DNA from: Candidatus Hydrogenedentota bacterium
Lineage (GTDB): Bacteria > Hydrogenedentota > Hydrogenedentia > Hydrogenedentales > JAEUWI01
Assembly: GCA_016791475.1 (NCBI GenBank)
Contig: JAEUWI010000010.1
Span: 20,352 to 84,351, forward strand
Direction: 5' to 3'
DNA: 64,000 nucleotides
Under the pieces are notes generated by a model. It saw nothing but the letters and a program-made list of their open reading frames with translations. It had not been told where the DNA came from and made no database searches. A program made the position numbers and the translations under genes. Below, one piece after another: positions 1-8,718 of the stretch (positions within the stretch are counted from its first letter, which is position 1; every line of letters begins with the position of its first letter).

Positions 1-1
1 G

Positions 2-1282
2 GTCACCGAAGCCGAAAAGGCCGTTGCACGCCAGATCCTCGAGGACCAGCGCCTGGACCAGGTCTTGGAAAAGGCCCGGGCCCTGCTGAAGACCGGCCTC
101 ACGGCGGGCGAGGGCTACGGCGAAGTGTGGATCCGCGATCTGAACACTTTCATCGAACTCGCCACGGAAGTGGTGCCCCACACCGAGCTGCGCGACGCCC
201 TCCTGCGTTTCTTCCACTTCCAGGGCGAAGACGGCAATATCATCGATGGCTACATCGCCGCGCAGAAAGCCAGCGTGGGCTACGACTTTATTAAGTCGCC
301 CAGCCAGCCCGACTACCTCGGCCACAAAAATACCGTAGAGACCGATCAGGAGTCCTCGCTGATCCTGGCAGTCTGTCGTTATGTCCGCCTAACCGGCGAC
401 CGGAGCCTGCTGGCGGAAGTGGTCAATGGCCAGACCGTGACGGAGCGCCTCCTGCGCGCCGTCGATTTTCTCCACACGAAGCGATTCGCGCCGGACTACG
501 GCCTGCTCTGGGGCGGCACCACCGCCGACTGGGGCGACGTGCAACCGGAGCACGAATGGGGCGTCGTGCTCGATGAAAACAGCCATCCCGCCCTCGATAT
601 TTACGACAACGCCCTGCTCATTTCCGCGTTGAACGACCTGCTGACCACCGCCGAACTCGACGGTGCCACGAAGCAGAAATACAGCGCCTTCCGCGATGAA
701 CTGAAGGCGAACACCATGAAACACCTGTGGGACGGCGACCGCAAGCAGTTCCGTCCCCATGTGTATCTGAAGGGATCGCCCTTCCCGGCGGACTTCGACG
801 AGGCCGCGATTTATTACCACGGCGGCACGTCCGTCGCCATTGAGGCGGGCCTGCTCACCCGCGCGCAAGTCGGTGAGGCCCTGGCGCGCATGCGGGCCAA
901 TGTGAAAGCGGCGGGCGCGGCGAGCATCGGCCTCACGCTCTACCCATCCTATCCCGAGGGCTTCTTCAAGAATCCCGTCATGGCCAAGACCTACTCCTAC
1001 CAGAACGGTGGCGACTGGACCTGGTTCGGCGGCCGCACACTCTCCGGCCTGATCGCCAACGGCTATCCAGTCGAAGCCTACGAAGAAATGCTCCCCATGG
1101 TCGAGCGAGTCCTGGCCAACAATGACTTTCACGAGTGGTACACCCTCGACAACAAAGCCGCGGGCTCGGGAACTTACCGGGGTGCGGCGGGCGCGCTGGG
1201 GAAAGCGATCCTCGAGCTGCGCGCCTGGGCGGCGGGGGCGGAAACCATGGCGGCGTCCACAGGGACTGACGCGCCCCAGTAA
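2..1282 (+). CDS. six-hairpin (alpha/alpha)6 glycoside hydrolase-like protein, 5' partial
   Basis: ORF track 65..1282 (TTG); same frame stays open back to nt 2, so gene likely starts upstream of window; motifs GEVWIRDLNTFIE and YQNGGDWTWFGG resemble toroid glycosidases (GH63/GH15/debranching-like); family not resolved. Confidence 0.5.
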   Translation, partial: VTEAEKAVARQILEDQRLDQVLEKARALLKTGLTAGEGYGEVWIRDLNTFIELATEVVPHTELRDALLRFFHFQGEDGNIIDGYIAAQKASVGYDFIKSPSQPDYLGHKNTVETDQESSLILAVCRYVRLTGDRSLLAEVVNGQTVTERLLRAVDFLHTKRFAPDYGLLWGGTTADWGDVQPEHEWGVVLDENSHPALDIYDNALLISALNDLLTTAELDGATKQKYSAFRDELKANTMKHLWDGDRKQFRPHVYLKGSPFPADFDEAAIYYHGGTSVAIEAGLLTRAQVGEALARMRANVKAAGAASIGLTLYPSYPEGFFKNPVMAKTYSYQNGGDWTWFGGRTLSGLIANGYPVEAYEEMLPMVERVLANNDFHEWYTLDNKAAGSGTYRGAAGALGKAILELRAWAAGAETMAASTGTDAPQ

Positions 1283-1359
1283 ACCACGATGTGTCAGTTC
1301 ACGCTGTGTTCTCAAGTATCTTGTTGCCGAACAGTAATCCAGGAGGGGCGTGGCTGTCC

Positions 1360-1406
1360 CGTCGTAAGGGAGGTGAATTGTGCTTGCAAACGCTGACGTA
1401 TTCCGC
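1360..1406. repeat. 47-nt direct repeat copy A (CGTCGT[A/C]AGGGAGGTG...ACGTATTCCGC) with SD-like GGGAGGTG core
   Basis: near-identical copy at 2560..2606; both copies bracket the low-GC TA islet. Confidence 0.55.
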
Positions 1407-1542
1407 AAGGTGACCGAGGTGGGCGACTCGCAGAAAAGAGTTCGACAAGAGATCTATTCTTCACGTAGAGTGTGGTGGTAAGTTGACTCCAGCAGCGTGG
1501 GGTGCGGTCCGAACACCTGTTTCGTGAAGATAGTGAGAAGCT

Positions 1543-1920
1543 ATGGTAGCGGCGCGTAGAGTCTTATTGGAAACGGAGTTCACCGCAAGTGAAATCCGTC
1601 GGCAAGACGCTGACTGGGCCTACGGTGGAATCGTAGTTGAAACGATGCCGCCGGGTTGGTTTGTCGGCTTGTCACCGGCGGTGAAGAAAGTAGATTTGAG
1701 TCATTTTGTGTCCTCGCTTACTCTGCTGTGTTTTCGGGATAAATCCGAGCCCGAACGCCATGACTTCGACCTCCTGCGTCAGAAAGAGAATGGGCATCTC
1801 GAACTATTCTTTGAAGAAAAGAACTTCTGGAATCTGAAGTTGGGCGATTCAGTGCGATTCGCAGCGGCTCAAGCGAACCAGCCAAGTGCCAACGACATGG
1901 AAGTGATTGATGAGATTTGA
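1543..1920 (+). CDS. hypothetical protein, candidate toxin partner (RelE/HigB or COG4737 position) of downstream XRE antitoxin
   Basis: ORF track; 14-nt overlap with downstream HTH gene; low GC3 unlike backbone; no motif recognised. Confidence 0.35.
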   Translation: MVAARRVLLETEFTASEIRRQDADWAYGGIVVETMPPGWFVGLSPAVKKVDLSHFVSSLTLLCFRDKSEPERHDFDLLRQKENGHLELFFEEKNFWNLKLGDSVRFAAAQANQPSANDMEVIDEI

Positions 1921-2254
1921 GCGCGCCAAAGACAGCGAGAAATGGGTAAAAAGCAGCGGCAATGTGTTCGCGGACCTCGGGGTTCCGAATCCAGAACTGG
2001 CGCTGCTCAAGGCCGATATCTCCATTGCCATCGAGCAGGCCATTGAGCGGAAGGGTATCTCCCAGCGCGAAGCTGGGGCGCTGATGGGGATTCCCGCCGT
2101 GAAGGTCAGCAACATCGTATGTGGTCGTCTGAAGGGCTACACGCTGGACCGACTTTTTACTTACCTGAATCGGCTGGATGTGGACGTGCAAGTGAAGATG
2201 AAGGCCAAACCCAAAGGGAGGGCGGTCGCCGAGATAACCGGTGTGCGTGCGTGA
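1907..2254 (+). CDS. XRE-family HTH protein, HigA/COG5606-type putative antitoxin
   Basis: GNVFADLG...GISQREAGALMGIPAVKVSNIVCGRLKGYTLDRLFTYLNRL matches HTH_37-type antitoxins as I recall them. Confidence 0.6.
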   Translation: MMRFERAKDSEKWVKSSGNVFADLGVPNPELALLKADISIAIEQAIERKGISQREAGALMGIPAVKVSNIVCGRLKGYTLDRLFTYLNRLDVDVQVKMKAKPKGRAVAEITGVRA

Positions 2255-2262
2255 GGGTGAAT

Positions 2263-2479
2263 CATGGAAAGTGGCGAAGGTCTCATACGGTTGCGGCTGG
2301 GCGACAATGAAAGATGAGGCGACACCTTGCTTCGTTTCGCAATAGAGCACGACGAGCACGGATACTTCGCTCATTGTCCCGATCTGCCGGGCTGCCACAC
2401 CCAGGGGGATACGTATGCGGAGGCGTTGGAGCACATCCACGAGGCGGCCGAGTTGTACCTTGAATCGCTGGAGGATTAA
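2263..2479 (+). pseudogene. hicAB-like remnant: 17-codon HicA-like N-terminus (MESGEGLIRL...) plus short HicB-like antitoxin (FAIEHDEHGYFAHCPDLPGCHTQGDTYAEALEHIHEAAELYLESLED) with start/frame ambiguity
   Basis: ATG at 2308 hits a stop after 12 codons; HicB-like frame opens after a stop at ~2315 with only a TTG (~2327) as start; HicB motif PDLPGC..GDT.EEAL present. Confidence 0.4.
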
Positions 2480-2542
2480 CCACAGAGAACGCAAAGGGCA
2501 CAAAGGGGAAACTTCTCTTTGTGCCCTTTGTGTTCTTTGTGG
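2480..2542. terminator. 63-nt near-perfect palindrome (26-bp arms, 2 G:U-compatible mismatches) directly after the hicB-like stop, TTAA on both flanks
   Basis: CCACAGAGAACGCAAAGGGCACAAAG-N11-CTTTGTGCCCTTTGTGTTCTTTGTGG; no strong T-run, so may be a REP/MITE-like hairpin rather than a terminator. Confidence 0.4.
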
Positions 2543-2559
2543 TTAAACATTTCTGATCA

Positions 2560-2606
2560 CGTCGTCAGGGAGGTGCATTTGGCTTGCCGACGTCAACGTA
2601 TTCCGC
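2560..2606. repeat. 47-nt direct repeat copy B
   Basis: aligns to 1360..1406 with ~80% identity including GGGAGGTG and ACGTATTCCGC. Confidence 0.55.
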
Positions 2607-2766
2607 GACGCGTTCCCCGGAAGCGGGCCCGTGTAGATTTCAGTTCATCCCACGAACGACGGGACAGCCACGGACGCCACAGAAACCTTGCTCGTTGTGA
2701 ATCGCTGTGAATAATCAGAGAAAATCTCCCGAACGTCATCGCGGGTCCGCGTCAGTCCCTGCGGGA

Positions 2767-3165
2767 CTATCCCACCTGGATCGTCGTGGTGTCGTAGCGG
2801 TTGCGGAAGGTGATTGTCTTGCCGTTGGTGAAGGCGAGGGAGACTGCGGACCCCGGTTGGATGGCGTCGCCATTGCACCCGGTCAGCGATTGCCCCGCCA
2901 GAGCGTGCTTTTCGCCGAGATCGTTCAAGGGAAAGGCCTGGCCGTCCGCGCCATTGGGCGAAGGGCCTTCCTTGGCCGTGCGCCAGAAGATGATATCGTC
3001 GTCGAAGTAGAGTTTGTGCCAGGCACCATCGACGCAAAGCCACACCACATTGGCCTCGTCGTCCAGCTCCCCCGCGAACCAGGCCTCCTGCGCGATGAGG
3101 CGCTCCAAGGTCTTGCCCGCGAAATCGGGCCATGCCCCGTCAATGTACAACTCTGCAGATACCAT
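2767..3165 (-). CDS. hypothetical acidic protein (132 aa)
   Basis: ORF track; high GC3 and coding-like composition; no family recognised. Confidence 0.55.
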   Translation of the reverse strand: MVSAELYIDGAWPDFAGKTLERLIAQEAWFAGELDDEANVVWLCVDGAWHKLYFDDDIIFWRTAKEGPSPNGADGQAFPLNDLGEKHALAGQSLTGCNGDAIQPGSAVSLAFTNGKTITFRNRYDTTTIQVG

Positions 3166-3261
3166 GGGATGCGCTCTCTAGTGGGTTAAACACCGTAACC
3201 CTAGCACACGGGGGTAGTGTGGGGCGAATTCAAGGAGCGCTGCGGTCGCTGATTCAGCCTG

Positions 3262-4791
3262 TCAGTGGTCCCGCGCTTTCCCCGCGTTGCCCACGGTGAA
3301 GCGGAAGGCGTAGAGGCTGGCCTGGTCCATTTCGATCCGCAGCCGCGTGGGCTTTCCCGCTCGCGCGGTCACATCGCCGCCATCCTTCCACAGCACCAGC
3401 GCGTCGATCTGGTCGCCCGCAATCGCCTCGCAATCCGCCGTGGTGCGTCCGGGTATCGCCTCGTCCTTCTCGTCGAGAAGGCCCACACGGAGGTACCCGC
3501 CCTCGCGGACGTGGACGTTCAGCTTCAGCAGGTTGCCCTGAAAGAGCAGGGGAGGCGTGGTGAAGGCGCCACCGCCCGTCTCCGCCTCAACGGAGACGAA
3601 GCCGTCCAGTCGTGTGGTGACGCGGCTCATGACGCGGCTGTTGCCGGGCAACACGAGGGCTTCCAGTTCGCCCTCTTCATGGTTCAGGGGGGAGCCGCCA
3701 TAGTACTGGTAGAGGGTATCTCCAACGCGAAGGAGTCCCTGCCCCATATAGAGTGAGCCGGCGTCGAAGCTGCCTTCCGGCCCCAGCGGAATATAGGACT
3801 TCGACTGTTCCGGCCAGGTCCAGGCGATGCCATCCCGGCTCGTGGCCATGCGGATGTCGAGGGTCTGCGTCTGGTGGTTGAAGAGACTGGGGAACATGAA
3901 CCAGGCCCGGGCCGCATGGGGATATTTAAGTGTCGCCGGATTGTAGAGGTCGCTTTCCGGCGGATCCTTCTCGTCGGTCTGAAGCACCAGTTGGAGCGGT
4001 TCAAAGAAAGACAGATCCTTGCTGGTGGATCGTCCCAGGGCCCGTCCCCGCCCGCTGACGCGGCCAAAGAGCACATACTCGGTTGCTCCCTCATCCCACA
4101 CGGCGGAATACTGGCTGTCGCCGAAGATATCGCAAATGGGATCGGGGTAACGGGTCCATGTGAACCCATCGGCCGAATACATGGCGGCCACGCGATAGGG
4201 CGGGGTGCCCAGCACCTCGAAGATACCTTGCGACACCGCCTTGTAGCGCTGTTCCGGTGGTGCGGCGGGGTCTTTGAAAACGTGGCTGCCGTGGACGCGC
4301 GACCGGGCGCCCTCGGGGCCGATCTGGCGAAAGAGGATGTTGTTCTTCGTACTGCCCTGATAGCTGAAGAGGTCCAGCGCCGGCTTGGTCCAGTGAATGC
4401 CATCCGTCGACTCGGCGTAGCAAAAGGAAGTATCGTCCAGATTGGGCCAGCCTTCGATGTCATAGGCCTCATACCACATGCGATAACGCGCCCGGGGCTG
4501 GTCCGGAGTCGAGAGTGTGCCGCCCCGGTCTTCCATCACGGAGAACCAGTTCAACGTGGCGCTCTCCCAGGGCTGATCGCGCACCACATTCTGCTCCCCA
4601 GTCTTCGTGGCGGGGTTCACCTGAAGGCGGACGCCCGAGGCGCTCTCGAAGAAAAGTGTGTCTATAAAAAGCTGCTTCTCGCTGCCGACGTGAATGGGCG
4701 AAGGACCGGTCTCCTCGGCGATAACCGGGAAAGACAGCATCAAAGCTGACACCACGGCCAGCGGGATCAGTGTGGATCTTGGGTACATGCG
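3262..4791 (-). CDS. secreted BNR/Asp-box repeat beta-propeller glycoside hydrolase (sialidase-like)
   Basis: signal peptide MYPRSTLIPLAVVSALMLSFPVIA from internal ATG (ORF track 3262..4872); Asp-box repeats STDGIHWT, SADGFTWT, SRDGIAWT. Confidence 0.6.
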   Translation of the reverse strand, partial: RMYPRSTLIPLAVVSALMLSFPVIAEETGPSPIHVGSEKQLFIDTLFFESASGVRLQVNPATKTGEQNVVRDQPWESATLNWFSVMEDRGGTLSTPDQPRARYRMWYEAYDIEGWPNLDDTSFCYAESTDGIHWTKPALDLFSYQGSTKNNILFRQIGPEGARSRVHGSHVFKDPAAPPEQRYKAVSQGIFEVLGTPPYRVAAMYSADGFTWTRYPDPICDIFGDSQYSAVWDEGATEYVLFGRVSGRGRALGRSTSKDLSFFEPLQLVLQTDEKDPPESDLYNPATLKYPHAARAWFMFPSLFNHQTQTLDIRMATSRDGIAWTWPEQSKSYIPLGPEGSFDAGSLYMGQGLLRVGDTLYQYYGGSPLNHEEGELEALVLPGNSRVMSRVTTRLDGFVSVEAETGGGAFTTPPLLFQGNLLKLNVHVREGGYLRVGLLDEKDEAIPGRTTADCEAIAGDQIDALVLWKDGGDVTARAGKPTRLRIEMDQASLYAFRFTVGNAGKARDH

Positions 4792-4915
4792 ATTCTCCTT
4801 GCCACGGAGTATAGCGCCGCGTCGCGCGGGATGGGAAGGCCGACCCCGCCGCGCGGACGTTGCATCCCCCATGTGCCCCTGATAGACTCCCGGGAAGAGA
4901 GAAGGAGACGTCGTT

Positions 4916-5365
4916 TTGCGAGCAGTGGTTCAGCGTGTGCGCCATGCGTCGGTGCGTGTGGATGAAGAAATTGTCGGCGCCATTGGCCATGGCCTGCTGG
5001 TGCTGCTGGGGGTGGACGTGAGCGACGGGAACAGCGACGCCGACTACCTCGCCGACAAGATTTTCGGTCTGCGTATCTTCAACGACGACGACGGCAAGTT
5101 CAATCGATCCCTGGAGGATGTGGGCGGCGCCGTGCTCCTCGTGTCCCAGTTCACGCTCCACGGCGACTGTCGTAAGGGGCGCCGGCCCTCCTTCATCGCG
5201 GCGGCCCGACCCGAGCAGGCCATTCCGCTCTACGAGCGCGTCGGAAGCCTGCTGCGAGAAAAAGGCGTGGAGGTGGCCAACGGCATCTTTGGCGCCCACA
5301 TGGCGGTGGAGTTGCTCAACGACGGCCCGGTGACCCTGCTCCTCGATTCGGGAAAGGCTTTCTGA
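4916..5365 (+). CDS. dtd: D-aminoacyl-tRNA deacylase
   Basis: MRAVVQRV...GLLVLLGV...SQFTL...NDGPVT canonical Dtd motifs, 149 aa. Confidence 0.9.
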   Translation: MRAVVQRVRHASVRVDEEIVGAIGHGLLVLLGVDVSDGNSDADYLADKIFGLRIFNDDDGKFNRSLEDVGGAVLLVSQFTLHGDCRKGRRPSFIAAARPEQAIPLYERVGSLLREKGVEVANGIFGAHMAVELLNDGPVTLLLDSGKAF

Positions 5366-6330
5366 TGCGTATCGCTATCGTCGGCAGCGGAAGCTTGAGT
5401 GTGAAGATGCTCCTGCCCCTGCTCGATTCGAAGCACGAGGTGGTCGCGGTTATTCTTGATGGTCGCCACACCAAGGGAATCAAGCGCTGGCTGGAGCCCC
5501 GGCTTGCCCGCTGGTTTCGCGGCGAATACAGCCTCGGCGGTCAGGCCATCAAGTATGATCTTCCCATCTACTACATCGACAAGATGACCGAGGAAGAAGT
5601 CGCGCCGCTCAAAGCGCTCAAGTTGGACCTCATCCTCGTGGGCGGATTCAGCATCATCCTCAAGAAGCCCCTTCTGGATGTGCCCCGGCTCGGATGTGTA
5701 AATACCCACTCCTCTCTGCTGCCCCGGCACCGTGGACCGAATCCCTTCTCCGCCGCCATTCTCGCGGGTGACGCGGAAACGGGCGTAACTTTTCACTGGA
5801 TGGACGAAGACATCGACACGGGCGACATCATTGCCCAGCACAAGATCGCCTTAAACGAGGAATCGACCATGCTGGGTCTCTATCGCGATGCCTGTGAGCT
5901 TGCTGGAAAGAAAGTGGAAGGACTCGTCAACAGCCTCGAAGTGGGGGATGGCCTGCGCCGTCCCCAGTCCACCGAAGCGGCTACTTACGAGAAACGCGCT
6001 CAAGTCGCCGATTCCTGGATTGACTGGTCCGACACGGCCGAAAACATCGAGCGACTCGTGCGCGGCATGTCCCCCCAGCCTTATGTGCGCTTCCGGTGGC
6101 GAAAACACGTCATCCTGGTGCACAAAGTGACCTTCGATCCGCGGCCGGTGAATGCCGCGCCCGGCACGGTGCTGGTCAACCATCCTCTGGTCAAGATCGC
6201 CACGGGGAGCGGTGTCATTATCCTGCGGGTGACCTTCCGCCAGAAGCCCATACCCTGGATCTGGCCCGCCTTCGGCAGCCGGCCCGACGTGGAAGAGATG
6301 CTACCCTCCGGCGCGCCGGGCGCGCCATAA
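5365..6330 (+). CDS. formyltransferase family protein (Fmt/ArnA-like paralog)
   Basis: NTHSSLLPRHRGPNPFSAAILAGDAETGVTFHWMDEDIDTGDII formyl-transferase core; TGATG overlap with dtd. Confidence 0.75.
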   Translation: MRIAIVGSGSLSVKMLLPLLDSKHEVVAVILDGRHTKGIKRWLEPRLARWFRGEYSLGGQAIKYDLPIYYIDKMTEEEVAPLKALKLDLILVGGFSIILKKPLLDVPRLGCVNTHSSLLPRHRGPNPFSAAILAGDAETGVTFHWMDEDIDTGDIIAQHKIALNEESTMLGLYRDACELAGKKVEGLVNSLEVGDGLRRPQSTEAATYEKRAQVADSWIDWSDTAENIERLVRGMSPQPYVRFRWRKHVILVHKVTFDPRPVNAAPGTVLVNHPLVKIATGSGVIILRVTFRQKPIPWIWPAFGSRPDVEEMLPSGAPGAP

Positions 6331-6352
6331 TGCGCGCAGGAACCGCCCCACC

Positions 6353-7411
6353 ATGATCTCCATCATCATTCCCGCGTTCAACCAGCTTGGCTACACACGC
6401 CAGTGCATCGCCAGTATTCTGGAAAATACCGAGGGAGAATATCGACTGATTCTGGTCGACAATGGCTCCACCGAAGCGGTCTACGAATTCTTCTGCGCGG
6501 TTCCCGGCGCCGTGCCCATTCGCTCCGAAACGAACCTCGGTTTCGCCGCCGGTGTCAACCTGGGCCTCCGCGTGGCCGAGGGCCATGTCCTACTGTTGAA
6601 CAACGACACCCTCGTCCCCAGGGGCTGGCTCACCGGCCTCTGCGCCGCGCTGGAGAGCGCCCCGGACATCGGCGTGGTCGGGCCCATGAGCAATTACGTC
6701 TCCGGGAGCCAACTGATTCCCGAGTTGCGCTTCGAAAGCCTTGACGACATCAACGCCTATGCCGAGGAGCGGCGCGCACAGCATGGGGGCCGTCTTCGCG
6801 ACGTGGCACGCCTCGTGGGATTCTGCATGCTCATCCGCGATCGGGTTGTGGCGGAAGTCGGGCTCATGGACGAAGCCTTCGGCCTGGGCAATTTCGAAGA
6901 CGATGACTACTGTGTCCGCGTCCTGCGCGCGGGCTACCGCCTCTGCGTGGACGAGGCCAGTTTCGTCTTTCACTATGGCAACCGGACTTTTCACGCCCTG
7001 GGCCTGGTCGAAGGACGATGGGATGCCCTGCTGGAAGAAAACGCCGCGCGCTTCGGCGCCAAATGGAACCTGAAGCCCGAAGACCGGCTCGATGAATACC
7101 GCGAAGCACTCCAGCTCAACCGCAAGGCGGGCGAGGCCCTGGCGCAGGGCGATCTGGTCGGGGCCATCCGGGGTTACCGCGACGCGCTCCTGCTCGCGCC
7201 CCAACTGGCCCGAAGCCACAACGATCTCGCCGTGGCCCTGTGGCAGGCCGGCGCGGGCGAAGATGCCTTCGAACGCCTCAAGGCGGCCCTGCGCCTCGAT
7301 CCGGAATTTTCCGAAGCGAGGGAAAATCTCCTGGACGTTGGCCGGGCCCTCGGCAGGGAAGAGGAGGCCCGCGATGTTCTCGGGTCGACGAAAGCGGAGG
7401 ATGATCCATGA
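6353..7411 (+). CDS. family 2 glycosyltransferase with C-terminal TPR repeats
   Basis: ISIIIPAFNQ...LILVDNGS...GFAAGVNLG GT2 motifs; C-terminal TPR-like repeats. Confidence 0.8.
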   Translation: MISIIIPAFNQLGYTRQCIASILENTEGEYRLILVDNGSTEAVYEFFCAVPGAVPIRSETNLGFAAGVNLGLRVAEGHVLLLNNDTLVPRGWLTGLCAALESAPDIGVVGPMSNYVSGSQLIPELRFESLDDINAYAEERRAQHGGRLRDVARLVGFCMLIRDRVVAEVGLMDEAFGLGNFEDDDYCVRVLRAGYRLCVDEASFVFHYGNRTFHALGLVEGRWDALLEENAARFGAKWNLKPEDRLDEYREALQLNRKAGEALAQGDLVGAIRGYRDALLLAPQLARSHNDLAVALWQAGAGEDAFERLKAALRLDPEFSEARENLLDVGRALGREEEARDVLGSTKAEDDP

Positions 7412-8013
7412 GTATTACGGTGCGGGAATACCTGCCGGAAGACGAAAGCGAATGGTTGAAGGTTCACGCCATCATCATGAGCATCTCCCACGCGTGGAAC
7501 TACTGCATTCAGGAGCGTCCGGATTACACGGGCTACGTGTCCACCCGCCTCGTTGCCGTGGACGGCGACCGCATCATTGGGTTGATCGATGTGCAGTACG
7601 AGAACGAGCCCGGCGAACTCTGCTTTCAGAAAGATTCGCGCGGCGGTTATGTGCTGGAGTTTGGACGTCTTCCCGAATACGGTGGCGCGGGACTCGGCAA
7701 GCAGTTGATGGACGCCGCCGCGGCGGACGCCAGGCGGCTCGGTTTCAATCGCCTGGAGTACTGGAGTCAGGATCGGCGCGCGCAACGCTACTACAGGCGG
7801 CTTGGACTGAAGGAAATCAGCAGGCACTATCGCTTCCGCTTCAAACCGCCCCAGGCGATTCAGGACGAGTTGATGAAAGACTGCGTCGGTGTGGAATATC
7901 TATACGGCGCCTGTGTGCCCGAAGAGTGGCCCCTTGTGCGGGAGAAGTACGACGTCATCACCAAGCCCCCCCTGGAGCCCCATCTCTGCGTGGGGTTCGA
8001 CGTGCGTTTCTGA
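7408..8013 (+). CDS. GNAT family N-acetyltransferase
   Basis: acetyl-CoA binding region RLPEYGGAGLGKQLMDAAAADARRLGF; ATGA overlap with GT2 gene. Confidence 0.7.
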   Translation: MSITVREYLPEDESEWLKVHAIIMSISHAWNYCIQERPDYTGYVSTRLVAVDGDRIIGLIDVQYENEPGELCFQKDSRGGYVLEFGRLPEYGGAGLGKQLMDAAAADARRLGFNRLEYWSQDRRAQRYYRRLGLKEISRHYRFRFKPPQAIQDELMKDCVGVEYLYGACVPEEWPLVREKYDVITKPPLEPHLCVGFDVRF

Positions 8014-8300
8014 GGCGCGACTGCGGCACGAATAGAAAACAATCTAACCCCGGAGTACGCAGAGGCGCGGAGTATGTACCAGCTACCTGAGCCTCGAAAA
8101 AAAAAGCATCCACCTCAGTTGCTCGTCCTCCGAAACACTTTCTTCTCCGTGCCTCCGTGAGCTCCGTGGTCAATCTTTCCTCGTATTCGTGCAGATTCGT
8201 GTCTATTCGTGGTTTAAATTCCTTGATTGCGAAGCACCCCATGTTCACCCACATCTACGCACGTCGCTATCGCGCCACACGAAAAAAGTTCGTCCCTAAG

Positions 8301-8330
8301 TTGACATCGCCCCCGTCCATTTGCTATTTT
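8301..8330 (+). promoter_or_regulatory. sigma70-like promoter for tRNA cluster (TTGACA-18-TATTTT)
   Basis: hexamer match ~15 nt upstream of tRNA-Gly. Confidence 0.3.
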
Positions 8331-8346
8331 ATTGTCACCACTTCGG

Positions 8347-8422
<76 letters not shown>

Positions 8423-8434
8423 TTTTTATTTTTC

Positions 8435-8510
8435 GGGCCGTTAGCTCAGTTGGTAGAGCAGGTGACTCTTAATCACAAGGTCGGGGGTTCGATCCCCTCA
8501 CGGCCCACCA
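8435..8510 (+). tRNA. tRNA-Lys (anticodon CTT)
   Basis: acceptor GGGCCGT/ACGGCCC, anticodon loop CTCTTAA, GTTCGATCC T-loop, CCA encoded; resembles E. coli tRNA-Lys. Confidence 0.85.
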
Positions 8511-8604
8511 TTTTAACGAATCTTTAGTACACACATCTGAGCCGGCAAATAAAACATGTTTTGCCAGCTTTTTTTTTGGTACTATGGTAGCCCTGCCCCC
8601 GGAC

Positions 8605-8689
8605 GGGCGAGTGGCGGAATTGGCAGACGCGCCAGATTTAGGTTCTGGTACCTCGCGGTGTGCGGGTTCAAGTCCCGCCTCGCCCACCA
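8605..8689 (+). tRNA. tRNA-Leu (anticodon TAG), long variable arm
   Basis: acceptor GGGCGAG/CTCGCCC, anticodon loop TTTAGGT, 13-nt variable arm, CCA encoded. Confidence 0.85.
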
Positions 8690-8718
8690 ACCACTCCAAT
8701 GCATGGTAGATAATCACG

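Noticed and set aside
389-1408. 339-aa minus-strand ORF, and similar long antisense ORFs (8743..10182, 10977..12242, 13104..14516, 19805..20899, 27222..28544, 29241..30545, 33457..34287, 46773..49307, 54254..56104, 58646..59878, 61814..63562)
   Set aside because: Shadow ORFs opposite well-supported genes in a high-GC genome. They have Arg/Ala/Gly-rich low-complexity translations and no motifs.
1360-2606. Integron attC-like interpretation of the 47-nt direct repeats and palindrome around the TA cassette
   Set aside because: No integrase in the window and no convincing R''-L''...L'-R' architecture. GTTAAAC next to the palindrome is too short to be meaningful. Kept only as a repeat observation.
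3265-4749. Plus-strand ORFs 3265..3756 and 3874..4749
   Set aside because: They overlap the minus-strand BNR/Asp-box hydrolase, which has a signal peptide and repeated S-x-D-G-x-x-W motifs. The plus ORFs are featureless.
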